A stretch of 63,997 nt of DNA, filler included, from Octopus bimaculoides (taxonomy: Eukaryota): NCBI RefSeq assembly GCF_001194135.2. It is 5 parts of 4 records of this genome, joined end to end, with 100 filler letters (N's around TTAATTAATTAA, not from the genome) between each part and the next. Parts side by side here need not be neighbours in the genome. Positions count along the whole stretch, not along the records: positions 14,681 to 31,837 come from NC_068981.1; positions 31,938 to 52,773 come from NC_068990.1; 3 more parts are not named here. The stretch is one strand, 5' to 3'. The notes under the pieces are model-generated. The model had not been told where the DNA came from. It did not search any database and saw only the letters and a list, made by a program, of their open reading frames with translations. Positions within the stretch are counted from its first letter, which is position 1. Each line of letters opens with the position of its first letter. A program made the translations under genes and the position numbers. Below are positions 26,469-39,489 of the stretch, piece after piece.

Positions 26469-28789
26469 AAATGCTGTGATTGGATCGTATGACATCTGTT
26501 TCTGCAACCTGAATCTTGATTTGCTTCAGAATACGCTGCTCTTGGCATGCTAAGAACCGTGGTACTTATATGCAAACATCAAGTAATAAATCTGCTGGCT
26601 TGTGTAGAGAGATGTCAGACTGAAGTTATTTTATTAAGGAAATATTAATCAGCTGTATTTTTTAACACGGTTTTCTTCACTCAATCGTGCGATAATTGTC
26701 TTGGAAGAAAATACTCTTTATAGACTATGAGTTATAAAACACCGGGTTAGGTCATAAAGGAGGTCATCGGTCTGTACAACGTGCTTTCTTGCATCATTAC
26801 GCTTCATCGGCGTGAGACACAGAATTGGTGGTGCGTAGCCCACCATAGAATGTATGTGAAAAGACACTGAACGAAGTAAATGTGCAGCACTTTATTGAAA
26901 TCGTCGCCGATTTTTGTGCCATTCATCCATTAGTTCTAGTGTTGAGGTGTTTTTATTCTGTAACATTCTGAAGGTCTAATGTGAAACGTTAATTATGTTA
27001 AGGAAAGCGATAAGATTAACTAATCCTTCTTTACGCACGGTCCCCTCTTCAGAGAGGAAATTTTACATAAACCTAAACAAAGTATTGAATAAATATTTTT
27101 AGAATTACTGGTGGATTAGCTTGTGAATATAGTAAACGAAGATAGCATTAGATTAGGTAGATGTTGTTGTATGAAACTTGGCAGTCTTTGATTGGTAAGC
27201 AATGGGTAACGTGTTGGCGGATGTCTACCATCTGTTTGTATACCGTAAGCTGTTTGTATACTGTAAAAAAGGGGCAAGTATTGAGACGTTTGTACTGGTT
27301 TGATATTATTTAGCCAAGTAGACGGCAAGCTGGAAGAATCTCTAGCGAGCCACACAAAATACGTAGCGGCATTTCTTCACGTTCTAGTTCAAAACCCATC
27401 CGAGCTCGAGTTTGCTTTTTATCCTCTAGGAGTGGATAAAAGAAGTACCATTTGAGCACTGGGGCCCATGGAATCGACGTATCCTTCTCCCAAAACTTCT
27501 CTCATAGAAAGAATTATTATTTGCCAAATTCTTTCGAGACTTTCTTTAAATTATTTCTAAATAACTAGCGTATATTACAGAAACACATTTATAGACGTAG
27601 GTATATCTTTACATCCATATACATACAGGAGTTTCAGGCTACATTTGACGATCAGTGATGATATTCCTTGGTCGTGAGTGGACAGCAATCATATAAGCGT
27701 GCGTGTATGTGTGTGTGTGTTAATATGTGTGTGTTTGTGCGTATGTGTTGGAAGTTGTGTAGCCCAATAATTAGTGTGTTGAGATCAAGATAATACGTTC
27801 TTGATTCCATTTCTTGAACTGATCGGTGGATTTTTCGTTGAGGAAAATATTTCCTTTAACCTTGCTTCAGTTGACTCAGCCGTAATTATTACATGTTATA
27901 TTACATATATAATTAAACACAATATAATTTTAGTTTGCTTCTTCCAGTCTGCAACATTGAAATTACATTTTATCTCGCTGTAATACGAAATAACATCGAT
28001 GACGCTCTAGTTATTACTATACTACCTTATATATCGTAATTTTCGCATTTATATATAAAAGCAACGAACGTGAGATTGAGCAATGTTATATTTGATCATA
28101 ATAGATGTAAAAACATTGGTACTAACGTATGTATAGATGTTGAGTATTTAAAATGCATAGCAAAAAGCGAACGATTGAATAGCTATTAGTCCTCAAATTA
28201 ATGCATTTTAAGCATCCCCATAACGTGAAAAGACCCCCAAGTAAATGTAATATTGCTTGTTCTTCATTATATTGAGAAGAAAATTAAATTTATAACTTAC
28301 TGTTTCTGGGATTCGACATTCATGTCTAAGTGAGAAAACGAAGGGAAAAAAAATATTCAATCAACAAGCAACAGGAATCTGAAGTGTGATCTAGAAACAA
28401 TTTGCATATTAAGTAGTTTGATGGAAAGAAAAAAAAAACTTTGGTGCTGTTCAACTTATATAGATATAATAGTTGCATTTTACAGTAATGGGTCATGGTG
28501 TGAAAAATTGTGAAGTATACTTCTAGATCTCAGTAATATTAGCAGAAAATTCAGCACAAATTCACAAGGTATTAACAAAAATAAGAAAAGAAGATAATAT
28601 ATTCAAAAAAATATGCAACGAATTTTTCAGTCGGAAGTAATCCATTCAGGTTCAGTAAAACTCACGTATACCACACACACACACACACACACACACGCAC
28701 GCACACGCGCGCGCGCACCTATATTTTCTTTATATGAATTAATTCGGCCCTGAGTCTCAGCTAGGGGATATAATAATTACTTGTAATTT

Positions 28790-28991
28790 AGGCACAAAAC
28801 TAGAAGTTTTGAGGGGAGGGGTTTGTCGATATCACAAACCCCAGAACAAGGCTGCCATTATGTTTTGTTGAATCGGATGCACCTAAAATGAAGCCGCGGC
28901 GAAATTTGAATTTAGAATATCGATTTGGGAAGAAATAAAGCGCCGTATCTCTAATGATAATAATGCTTTCTAATAATAACAGCAATAATAA

Positions 28992-29026
<35 letters not shown>

Positions 29027-29402
29027 CTAATAATAATAATGCTTTCTAATTGTGGCATAAAGCCAGCATATTTTGAGGAAGAGATCGAGTTTATAGCATC
29101 GACCCAGTACTTGCTTGGTACTTTATTTTATCGACCTCGAAAGAATAAAAGGTAAAGTTGTCCTTCGTGATATTTGAACATAAAAAGTTCCTCCCACAAA
29201 ATGCTGCTAAGCATTTTGTGATATGTGCTATCCTATGATATTGCTTTCAAATTCTGGCTCAACTGCTACATCTTCTATCGACCTCCAAAGGATGAAAGGC
29301 AAAGACGACCTTGGCGGAATTTGAACTCAGAGCCAAAAGATGGACGAAATGCCGCTAAACAACTTGTGCGGTGTGCTAATTATTCTGCCAGCTCACCGCC
29401 TA
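28790..29402 (-). mobile_element. Three decayed SINE-A copies, with an (AAT)n tract at ~28985-29040
   Basis: Reverse-complement SINE-A motifs at ~28790-28960, 29045-29230 and 29255-29402. Confidence 0.75.
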
Positions 29403-30630
29403 CGCTGTCTTATGATATTAATATAAATACAACACAAACAATAGGAACTTGTTACACTTCCAGGTGATTTGAATTCGTCACTAAAATTTCAACTTGTCAT
29501 TTCAGTATCGCCCCAGCCTCTGCTTTACTGATATTTCTATAAATATTTGTGATCTTTGATTTTATTTGAATTTTATTAGAATATGCTTTATTAGACTTTA
29601 TAGTGTTAAGTAAGCGCTGTTATTTTTTTAGAACTAGATTTTTCTGTTATTTGATTCTATATATTTGATTAAAACAAGGTAGTAATTTTCGGTAGCATCT
29701 CAGTCTGTTTTGCAATAACCTGTTTTTATGCGTTTCTTGCAAAGTTCCGTTGTCTCCATTATGATAAAAGAAGATCTTCAACCTCATAAGTTCTCTCATG
29801 TTTTCTGTGTCTTAGACAAATATCTTCACAAAGTGCTTCGGACGTGAGATTGGAGATATTCTTCATTGAGCCATATACATCGAATTTTCTGCTTGCTCGT
29901 ATTGCGCTCTCAGTGCAGTGTTTTGTGTACTCTGAGAGTACTCAGCCAGCGATTGCCTGATGTTATTACTTAATAGATTCTCCATTTGTGGACTATAGTG
30001 AATTAAAAATTTAGTTTAGTTATACTGTATTCTATTTTCATTTATAGCAATGAACAGCTCGTCAAAATATAGCAATCAAATACGAAATGAAATTCTATAA
30101 AATTTAGAATGAATAAGTAAGAAAATTACAGAAGAATTATTATAGGAATGTACAATTTCAGAAAAGTAATTCTAGGAGAATATAATTTAGTCCTCAAATT
30201 TCTTTACGGGATAATGGATGACTGTATTTGTCTAGAATCAAATAGTTTCGTTTACAATATTATGTTGAACATTTACATATATTTCCTCCCGTGTTTTACT
30301 TTAACAATTTTATTTCTATACATGATTATAGATTACTAATAAGAATTATGACTGCAACTTCCATTTATGTCACATACAGAAGCTATGTAATGTACAGTAG
30401 AGCAACATCTACGGAAAGCTATGTGTTACCTTAGGAGAAATAATGTCAAATAACGACAGATTTTTGTATATTTCCTGTGTTAAATGAAACTTAATTGAAT
30501 ATACGAACGATTTTGCATACACGTAGCTATTAACAAAGCTATTTATCATTTTTATTCTGTTGCTTTCTCAGATAAAAATGAAGAAAAAACCTTAATGGCA
30601 ATGTACATATGTTTCATTACTGAGTATTAT

Positions 30631-30889
30631 ACATTGATCTTTGAGTTTCCTGCAGTTTTACTATTCAAACTACATCTGTCTCCTAACTACTATTCAGATT
30701 TAACATCATATGTTGTATAAAATATATGTTGGTCCTTTCTTTCATTTAGATATTTCATGTCTTCAATTGTACATTGATCTTTGAATTTCCTGAAGTTTTA
30801 CTTTGCAAAGTACATCTGTCTCCAAAGTACTATTCAGATTTAACATCATATGTCCGTTCTTTCATTTAGATATTTCATGTCTTCAATAT
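30631..30889. repeat. Tandem duplication, ~140/120 bp, 2 copies
   Basis: 'acattgatctttga.tttcctg.agttttact' and 'tactattcagatttaacatcatatgt...ttctttcatttagatatttcatgtcttcaat' each occur twice. Confidence 0.9.
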
Positions 30890-31529
30890 ATTTTGCTACA
30901 CATGAGGATTGTAATGTTACTACAAGTTTCAAAAAAGTTTCTTCGAAAGCCATGAAAGTCCGTATACAAATAACCTGTTTAAGATGTTCTTTTATGTAGT
31001 CCAAGTTCTTTATAGTTAAAAGCAAAATAAATTCCTTTATAGCTCTTTTCAGTAAACGGATTGAGGAATTTCTATCATCGGTAATACAATATAAAGAAAT
31101 TTACTTAATATTTCAGAAACCAACTTGCTACCATCATAAAGCTAGATATTACAAGTAAGATTTCGCTGAAAGTTATGCGACAAATATGTTTATATTTTAT
31201 TGAGTAAACGTGTTGTTGATAATAATGGAGATATTTTAAGTCGTACTAAGCCGCTACGCGTATAAATACTAACTAGAGTAAGATTAATCCTGCGACAAGA
31301 AGAAAACAACAACAATAATAATCTTTTCTACTATAGGCACAAGGCCTGATATTTTTGGAGAGGGTGCTAGTCGATTTCATGGACTCCAGTCTGTGACTGG
31401 TACTTATTTCATTGGCATGGAAAGGATAAAAGAGAAGCTCGACCTCGGCGGAATTTGAACCCAGGACATAAGCACGGACGAAAATTGCCTCTAAGCAGTT
31501 TGCCCGGCATGTTAATCATTCTGCTATCT

Positions 31530-31589
<60 letters not shown>

Positions 31590-31590
31590 T

Positions 31591-31837
31591 AAACACTGAG
31601 ATAGCAAAACACGAGGACAAACGTAACATTTCCGGCAAAAACGAAGTAAACAAAAAACAACAAACCCAGACCGTTAGTGTACAAAAAGCACCAATCCAGA
31701 TCACCACAGACAAACATATGAATGAAAAGGAAGGCAAAACAAATATAAAGCCTGGAAATAACGAAGGGAAACCTAATAATTACGATACTATGAAAATGAA
31801 AATAACCGAAGAACTGAAAACCACAGATCTTAGAATG
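31591..31837 (+). mobile_element. Probable R4/Dong-like LINE ORF fragment directly after (AAT)20
   Basis: Open ~80-codon frame ending YDTMKMKITEELKTTDLRM at a gap. It resembles the N-terminal part of R4-type ORFs (from memory) and has the same (AAT)n 5' junction as other copies. Confidence 0.4.
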
Positions 31838-31960
31838 NNNNNNNNNNNNNNNNNNNNNNNNNNNNNNNNNNNNNNNNNNNNTTAATTAATTAANNNNNNN
31901 NNNNNNNNNNNNNNNNNNNNNNNNNNNNNNNNNNNNNATATATATATATATATATATATA

Positions 31961-32638
31961 TAGGGCAAAATTATAAATAATTTTACCAAGTAGTCAGTAC
32001 ATAAAAAAAACCTTTAAGGTAAATTATACAAAATATTCTATAATTATATACATAATTATAGTAAGGGGTCCGCTAAATGCCTCGCCAATGTACTGAATTA
32101 GAAATAGACACTAATGTCTTTTCTACTATCATAAAACCTCCAAGACAATAACACACTTTCGATGTAGGCAAAAGAAAAATGATGAATCAACAAAACTGCG
32201 GTCAATTACAGATGCGTTTCGAACTTAAAGTAAAACATAATTACCTATTGTTCTCTTCAGTGTAATATTCCAAAAATAAATTTATGAGTGTTAAAATTGA
32301 ATATGCATGCGATCAAGTGACATCACATGACTAATATTTAACCGCACTCGCAAAAATATACACAGCCGAGTGTAATTCATATGTTTCTTTTATACGGACA
32401 TGTGTGCTACGACTTATCCCGCAGAAAAATGAAGTTTCAATCATGGAGTGAAGTTTAAGTTTGATAATAATATAGGGTAAAATTGGAAATAATTTTACCA
32501 AGTAGTCAGTACTTAAAAAAACCTTATATGTAAATTATAGTAGTAGAAAAGACATTAGCATCTATTTCTAATTCAGTACATTGGTGAGGCATTTAGCTGA
32601 CCCCTTATTATAATTACGTATATAATTATAGAATATTA
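31961..32638. repeat. Two-module repeat A-B ... A-B(inverted)
   Basis: Module A: 31961-32028 and 32473-32539, direct. Module B: 32032-32133 and 32536-32638, inverted. Confidence 0.85.
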
Positions 32639-32660
32639 TGTGTGTGGGGGTGGGGGTGTA

Positions 32661-33919
32661 TATAGGAAGTGTAAGGTATTTGAGGACATACTTTTTTCGG
32701 GTCATTGCTGCTTCTTTTGTTAACTATGTATAATCTTTGTTTTAGAAAATAATAATGGCAGACCCTCAGCTTACTCAAGAAATGAAGAGGCATGCTGTTA
32801 TTGTGGTTATAAAGGCTGGGTATAGCGATCTAGAAATAGCTCGATTTTTAAAAGTTGCTAGATCTTTCATCTACAAAGTTTGTACGGAGCTAGAGTCTGA
32901 AGATAGAAATGGATCACTAGTATCAAAGCATAAAAAGCATTCTAAACACTTTGAAATCATCAAAACACCTGAATTTATCCAGCAAGTTCAACAGACCATT
33001 GATTACAATCCCATAAAGTCCATGAGGTCAACTGCAAAAGATCTCCATGTGTCAGAAGGAACAGTCAGAAATGTTTGTCCCTGAAGACATCAGATATAAG
33101 TCTTATCTGATGAGGAAATGTCAATTTGTCAGAAAAAGCAAAAGAAAATCACTACATCAGATCTACAAGGCTCTTAAACAAGCTGAAAAATCCAGCAGAA
33201 GAGTTGATTTGGTGTTTCTCAAATGAGAAAAACTTCGACCAAGACCAAAAAGTTAGCAGAAGTAATGACAGATGGTTATGTGCAGACCCTTCTGAGGTTC
33301 CAAGCGTTATGCATACAACATTTCCTGCAACTGTCATGGTTTTAGGAGTTATCAGCAATGAAGGACATGTGATGCCCCCTTACTTCTTTCCACAAGGCCT
33401 TAGTAAACTCTTCCACCTACATTGAGGTCCTGGAAGAAATAATTGTTAATCCCTGGATAGACAGTGTATGCAATGGAAGGCCATATGTGTTTTAGTAAGA
33501 CACTGCACTATCACACATGGCTCTAGTAACACATAAACGGATGGTTGAAAATTTTCATGATCACGTAACTTCATACATTTGGCCTCCTAATTCCTCAGAT
33601 CTCAATCCATTGGATTATTACATGTAGAGCATTGTTGAGAGGTCAATGAACATGGCCATAACACCAAAGATCCTTTGAAAGCTGCCATAGTCAGAGTAAT
33701 GTCCAAAATGAACCAGAACCACTTGATTCGAGCATGTAAATGATTTAAACCTCATATATAAGCAGTTGTTGAAGCTGAAGGTGACTTTATTGAATAACAT
33801 TATAGGAATGAAAGTTTATTTTTATCCTCATAACATTTTTTGATAAATGAAATTATTATCTGTTACTATATATATATTGTTTTATAAAACTAAATCTGTC
33901 CACAAATATCTTACATACC

Positions 33920-33922
<3 letters not shown>
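32661..33922 (+). mobile_element. Near full-length maT (DD37D) Tc1/mariner transposon, pseudogenised transposase
   Basis: Imperfect TIRs TATAGGAAGTGTAAGGTATTTGAGGACA and the reverse complement of TGTCCACAAATATCTTACATACCCTA. Motifs FSNEKNF, F**D and WPPNSSDLNPLDYY, with 37 residues counted between the 2nd and 3rd catalytic D. Frameshifts and stops are present. Confidence 0.9.
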
Positions 33923-33963
<41 letters not shown>

Positions 33964-33985
33964 GTGTGTGTGTGTATATATAGGT

Positions 33986-34390
33986 GCAGTGTGGCTGTGA
34001 GGTAAGAAGCTTGCTTCACAAGTACATGGTTCCAGGCTCAGTCCACTGCATGGCACCTTGGGTAAGTGTCTTCTACTATAGCCTCAGTGTGACCAAAGCC
34101 TTGTGAGTGGATTTTGTAGATGGAAACCCAAAGAAGCCTATATATATATATATATATATATATAAATATGTATATATTTGTGAGTGTGTCTCCCTCCCCC
34201 TATCGCTTGACAACTGACGTTGGTGTGTTTACGTCCCTGTAACTTACCAGCTTAGCAAAAAAGATTGATAGAATAAGTACTAGGCTTACAAAGAATAATT
34301 CCTGGGGGTCAATTTGTTTGACTAAAGGCAGTGCTCCAGCATGGCCACAGTCAAATGACTGAAACAAGTAAAAGAATAAAAGAATATATA
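33986..34390 (+). mobile_element. Composite CORE-like SINE-B, full structure
   Basis: tRNA-like head (GTGGCTGTGAGGTAAGAAGC...GGCTCAGTCC), CORE-like TGGCACCTTGGGTAAGTGTCTTCTACTATAGCCTC, internal (AT)n at 34138-34170, a conserved 3' half, and a TAAAAGAA tail. Confidence 0.9.
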
Positions 34391-35643
34391 TTATATAATA
34401 TAATATATAAATGATTACTTGTAGGGACACAATATTTTGTTATGTGACCATAATATGCTACCAAGTATATTAAAGGCTTTATATGTCAGTACTGTATCCT
34501 ATTATGTTACCATATATATATATATATATATATATATGCTAAAGTGTAGGAATGAAATTTTCTTAGGGGATGTTAATCCAGATTTTCAGGTGGATATTTA
34601 AAGCATTTTCATTGCCCACCAAAAATTCTAGGGGTGCACTTGCACCTGCTGTTCCGATGCCTATGATATAAATATATGTACGTAAATATATATATAACTC
34701 AATCATCCAAACATAAAAATATACCAAATAATCAATGCAATGATAATGTAACTAGGAAGATGTCAGGCATAAAGATAGTAAAGCCCAGATATGCTCAGAA
34801 AGTAAACTGATAAATTTGCAGATAATTGTGAAGTTTTAATAAAAGTAACAAATGAACTTACCATATCTAAAAATCTTAAGAGTGAATATACAGCTAAAGA
34901 TAGAGTTAAAAACTAACAAAATAAATTATATGCACAATTCTAATAATAAGATTGAATCAAATGGCCACAACAAACTTAATACTAATATAAAATCTGACTT
35001 AAAAGGTAAGATAAAAAATATCATAATCTATTCTGATATATCTAAACCTGAATACTCAAGCAACACATCTTCAAGAAAACGCACAAGCAGTAATTATGGT
35101 ATAATTTGCATGAAAATTACTACAACCCATGAAAAATCAAAAATGTTAAAATGAGACAAAGGAATGTAACTTGATTTAACTCACAATAAGTGAAAAATTA
35201 TTAGGACTAATATATCTGAAGTTTTCATTTATACATTAAGCAGGAACTTTCTTCCAAACTAAAGATATCACTGCATTTTGAATAGGTACACAGTTAAATT
35301 CTCTTACTCTACAACACCAAATCTCACAAATATTATAAAATATTCTAACATCTGCAAATAAGTTTTATTAAAATAAGATACACACTAAAAATATCATAAA
35401 CACTTGAGTTAATATTTATCAATATGTATAACCCTAAATTTACATTCTGAATTCAAATTAGAGCAAGGTCAACTTTGCCTTTCATCTTTTTGGTGTAAAA
35501 AAATAAGTCACCCCTCTGAAATTGCTGGCTTTGTCCCAAAATTTGAAACCAATATGTATAGCCCTAAAATGGGTAACATTCAGAATGTAGAAAAACATTA
35601 ATACAAACTGACCAAATCATTAAGTCTTTTGTATTTTGTATTG

Positions 35644-35680
<37 letters not shown>

Positions 35681-36543
35681 CTCTCTCTCTCTCTCTTTCT
35701 CCCCTCCCTCTCTCTCTCTCTCTTTCTCCCCCCTCTCTCTCTCTCTCTCCCTCTTCAAGTCAGGTGCATGCATATATGATTGGCTTGTATGAAAAGATAG
35801 AGATGAATTGTCCTTATATTACAGGTGAGTATGTATTTGAACATTTACTACATTTTGTATGTGTAAGTTTGTATGCTTAGATGCATGGATACATATGTAT
35901 GTCAGTGGATGTAAGTAAACAAAAGTTATATACATATATGAATACATGTGAATGTGTGCATGTATAAGTGTGTGTAGATATATACAGTAACTTCTCACTA
36001 ACCAAATTTCAACCTGTTTTTCTCTGCAACTGAACCATTTATCATTGTTAACTTGGAATATTCTTTAATCAACAACTTCGTTGCTGGATTTCTTCATTTC
36101 CTAAGACACCCTCTCACTACAAACTTTCTCTTCCTTCTTTCTTTCTATCTATCTGTATATAGAATGCTCTCCTAAATGTACATACAGTTCTTATCTAGCA
36201 CTGGCAACCAACTGGGGTTAGTAAACAACAGTGAGTTAAAATACTATTTACTTCCAAAGTTCTGACATTTCAGTGTGATTATGCAATCATCTAGGTGATG
36301 ATTACTGCACAAGATACTAGTATTTGCTAGTGAAACATATGTAAAAATTATGTCATCTATGATGTAGTAAAAATATCAACAAAATCTCTTGTTTTATTCT
36401 GCTCTTGGGTATGTGTAACTGTATACATATTTATATATATTAAAAGTAATTGGGTTTATGTCCACTCAAAGACCCAATTACTTTTAATACAATACTGCTC
36501 TATGTTTTAGAGTGTGCTTCTTTATCGGATACATGATATATTG

Positions 36544-36589
<46 letters not shown>

Positions 36590-36745
36590 CTGGCATTAGG
36601 AAGGGCATCCAGCTGTAGAAACTCTGCCAGATCAGATTGGAGCCTGGTGCAGCCTTCTGGCTTGCCAGTCCTCAGTCAAATCGTCCAACCCATGCTAGCA
36701 TGGAAAGCAGACGTTAAACGATGATGATGGTGATGATGATGATGT
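36590..36745 (+). mobile_element. SINE 3' module with (GAT)n tail
   Basis: AGGAAGGGCATCCAGCTGTAGAAACTCTGCC...CCCATGCTAGCATGGAAAGCAGACGTTAAACGATGATGAT, recognised from memory as a common cephalopod SINE 3' part. Confidence 0.6.
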
Positions 36746-37169
36746 GTGTATGGATCAAAGCAGTTTGATTCAAATTTGTTGGTACTCTTGAGTTTCAAAC
36801 ACAAAGCCAGTCATCAGGCATTTTGAATTTGAATGACAGAAGTTGATTGTTATTACTGTAAGGTGGGCTGTGATTGGTTGAGGAAGGTCACGTGGTGTCA
36901 TGGTTTGATGTTGGTATATGGGTAACATTTAGTTGGAAAATACTGCATGGTGAACAGGAAATTGACCACGTGGAAGACAGGAAACAAACTAGAAGTTGGT
37001 CAAGTTGTTGGGGGAAGGGCGGAGTAGGAAGGGGCAGCATGTGCAAATCTATAGTTTTGTATGTGAGTGTGCAGATGTGCTCATATAGTTTTATGTGCAT
37101 GTGTATACTGATGTAGGCATGGGTATGCACGTCTGCACACACACATGTGTGTGTAGACCATCCGCAAGT

Positions 37170-37224
<55 letters not shown>

Positions 37225-37412
37225 TACAGACATACTCACACACACACACACACACATTCCTTCCACCACTTTCTTTTAACAATTTCATGAACTCATCCCC
37301 TCACAAAATTGTAATGATCTTTTGGACATTGACTAATGAGAAAGAAGCTACAAATTTTCTATTTGTTGTTTTTTGTAATATTTCCGTTTGTTGTGTTTTC
37401 ATTAAATTTTTG

Positions 37413-37451
<39 letters not shown>

Positions 37452-37452
<1 letters not shown>

Positions 37453-37623
37453 TTTTACTGATACTTAGCATAAGTAACAGAGTGACTCAAAGTCAGAGAG
37501 TTTCGTGCATTTGCACTTATCAAACTCACAGGCCTTTGATCTGTGACTAGTTTGATAAGTGCCAGTGCATGAAAATCTCAGATCTTGGGTCACTCTATTA
37601 CTTCTGCTAAATATTAATAAAAG
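37452..37623. mobile_element. Foldback/MITE-like element, ~75-bp imperfect TIRs in TA context
   Basis: CTTTTACTGATACTTAGCATAAGTAACAGAGTGAC...GCACTTATCAAACT pairs with AGTTTGATAAGTGC...GTCACTCTATTACTTCTGCTAAATATTAATAAAAG. A partial related arm lies at ~38980-39014. Confidence 0.8.
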
Positions 37624-37819
37624 TATACATATACTCATGTTTTGAGTTCTATTTTTCTTGTTTGTACCAACATACCTACACACACATATACAGACACATA
37701 CACACAGACACATCTATCCACAGATATACACCATACACATACATTATGTGCGTGCATATGTGTGTGTATATACACATGTGAGTTTGTTTACATGTGCATG
37801 AACATGCACACTTACATAT

Positions 37820-38020
37820 GACGGGCCAGATGTGTCAGGATAGACTGTGACATCACCATTGACTCGTAGAGGTTTATTGTACCTAATTACCTTGCTGGCT
37901 GCTATTTCTCCCCCATCTTCATATGGTCAAGTAAAGGCGACCTTAGTCGCTAACCCCTACCCTTACAAACACCAGTCCACTCTGTTGTTATATCAATTGG
38001 TTTATCTACTTATCTCCTCC
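37820..38020 (-). mobile_element. Decayed RTE-type LINE 3' end
   Basis: Minus translation ITTEWTGVCKGRG*RLRSPLLDHMKMG resembles TGxxxGKRGRGRxRxxxLD. Confidence 0.45.
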
Positions 38021-38054
38021 ATTCCCCCTTCTCTGGTATGTGCCTCCAATGTGT

Positions 38055-38505
38055 TTAGCCCTTTAGCATTTAAACTAGCCATATCCAGCTCAAATATGCT
38101 ATCTGCTTTATGTTCAAGCAGTCAAAATCTGGCCTCTTACACCTACCCTACAATGTCATTCTAAAAATATACAATCACATCATTTAAATCTCAAAGTCAC
38201 AAGATAATGCATGATTAATCCTTTAGCATTTAAACTGGCCATATGAGGCTAAAATATTCTCCCTGTTTTATGTTTAAACCAGTCAGATTTGGTCTCTCAC
38301 ACCTACCCTACAATGTCAATCTAAAAATAAACAATCACTTCATCTAAATGTCACAGCTATAAGATGATGCATGATTAATACAAAATAACTGAATAATAAA
38401 GCATTTTAATGAACAGAATAATCTGAATGCTAAGAGGTTAATTCAAAACAATGCGAATTAATAAGTATTAAATTCCACAGAGCAATTTGAATGCTAAAGG
38501 GTTAA
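38055..38505. mobile_element. piggyBac-like MITE with a second copy nested in its internal TTAA
   Basis: Outer copy TTAG-CCCTTTAGCATT...ATGATTAA (38055-38218) plus 38442-38505 ending AATGCTAAAGGG-TTAA. Inner copy 38215-38441 reads TTAA-TCCTTTAGCATT...AATGCTAAGAGG-TTAA. Confidence 0.85.
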
Positions 38506-39489
38506 ATTTGGTTGCTGCTTGCCTCAAACTTGTATTACTTTTCTGCCTGTCTGACAATGCATTTGCTCCATGCTGGCCCTATAAGCTGTATCTAGTGGTT
38601 GCATCTATAGTGGAATGTCATGTGCTGCCTAACACTAAAACATAAGTAACGACCATAATAAAGGAGCACTAAGTTATAACCATGAACTTTTCTCTTATTA
38701 TTGCTGTGCTGCTTGTATTACGTCATAGCCAACCCTTGGATACAGACAACCAGTGTCTCTATAAGTGACGGTATGAGTTTAACATGTGTAACATTAGAGC
38801 TGAAACCTATATGATTTGTGGAGCATCAAGCGTATCCAATAAATTCAGACATACATACAGATAGATAGATAATGCGTTTGTATGTATGTGTGTGTATGTG
38901 TGTGTGTATGTGTGTGTGTGTGTGTGTGCGTGTGTGTATATATATATATATTATTATTATTATTATTATTATTATCAATATTTACTCTGTTGGTTCTGCT
39001 AAATATTAACAAAAATAAGCTTTCACTCATATTTTCAGTCCTATCTTGTTTGCATCACCATACCTATACATATAGATATATATTTATGGATGCATATATG
39101 TGTTTACATATTTCTATGTATGTGTACCAGCACACACATACACACACACACACACACGTCACTATCTTTCTGCTGTGAGTAGTATTCATAAACCTTATTC
39201 AGAATTTGAGATTAAAATATTTTATATGTTATGTGTTATATATATATATATAATGTGTGTGTGTGTGTGTGTGTGTGTATACACACACACACATACACAA
39301 ACATTGTGATTATATCTTTTTATGTTTCCATTAAATGTAGTTTTCTTAACATTTTTGCTTATCAACTTGTCTATTTGGGTGTGTGCATCTGTGTGTAAAA
39401 CTAGGCTACTTCAGTAAATTGTTATTGTGTCTATATATATGTATGATTATATCATACCTATCTATCATTGTCATGTGTAAAATATTGTT

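Noticed and set aside
28510-31164. Chain of tiny plus-strand exon-like segments (near 28510, 29818, 31064, 31127)
   Set aside because: They are 28-42 nt each, would need a ~36-nt intron, and occur at the chance level expected in AT-rich DNA.
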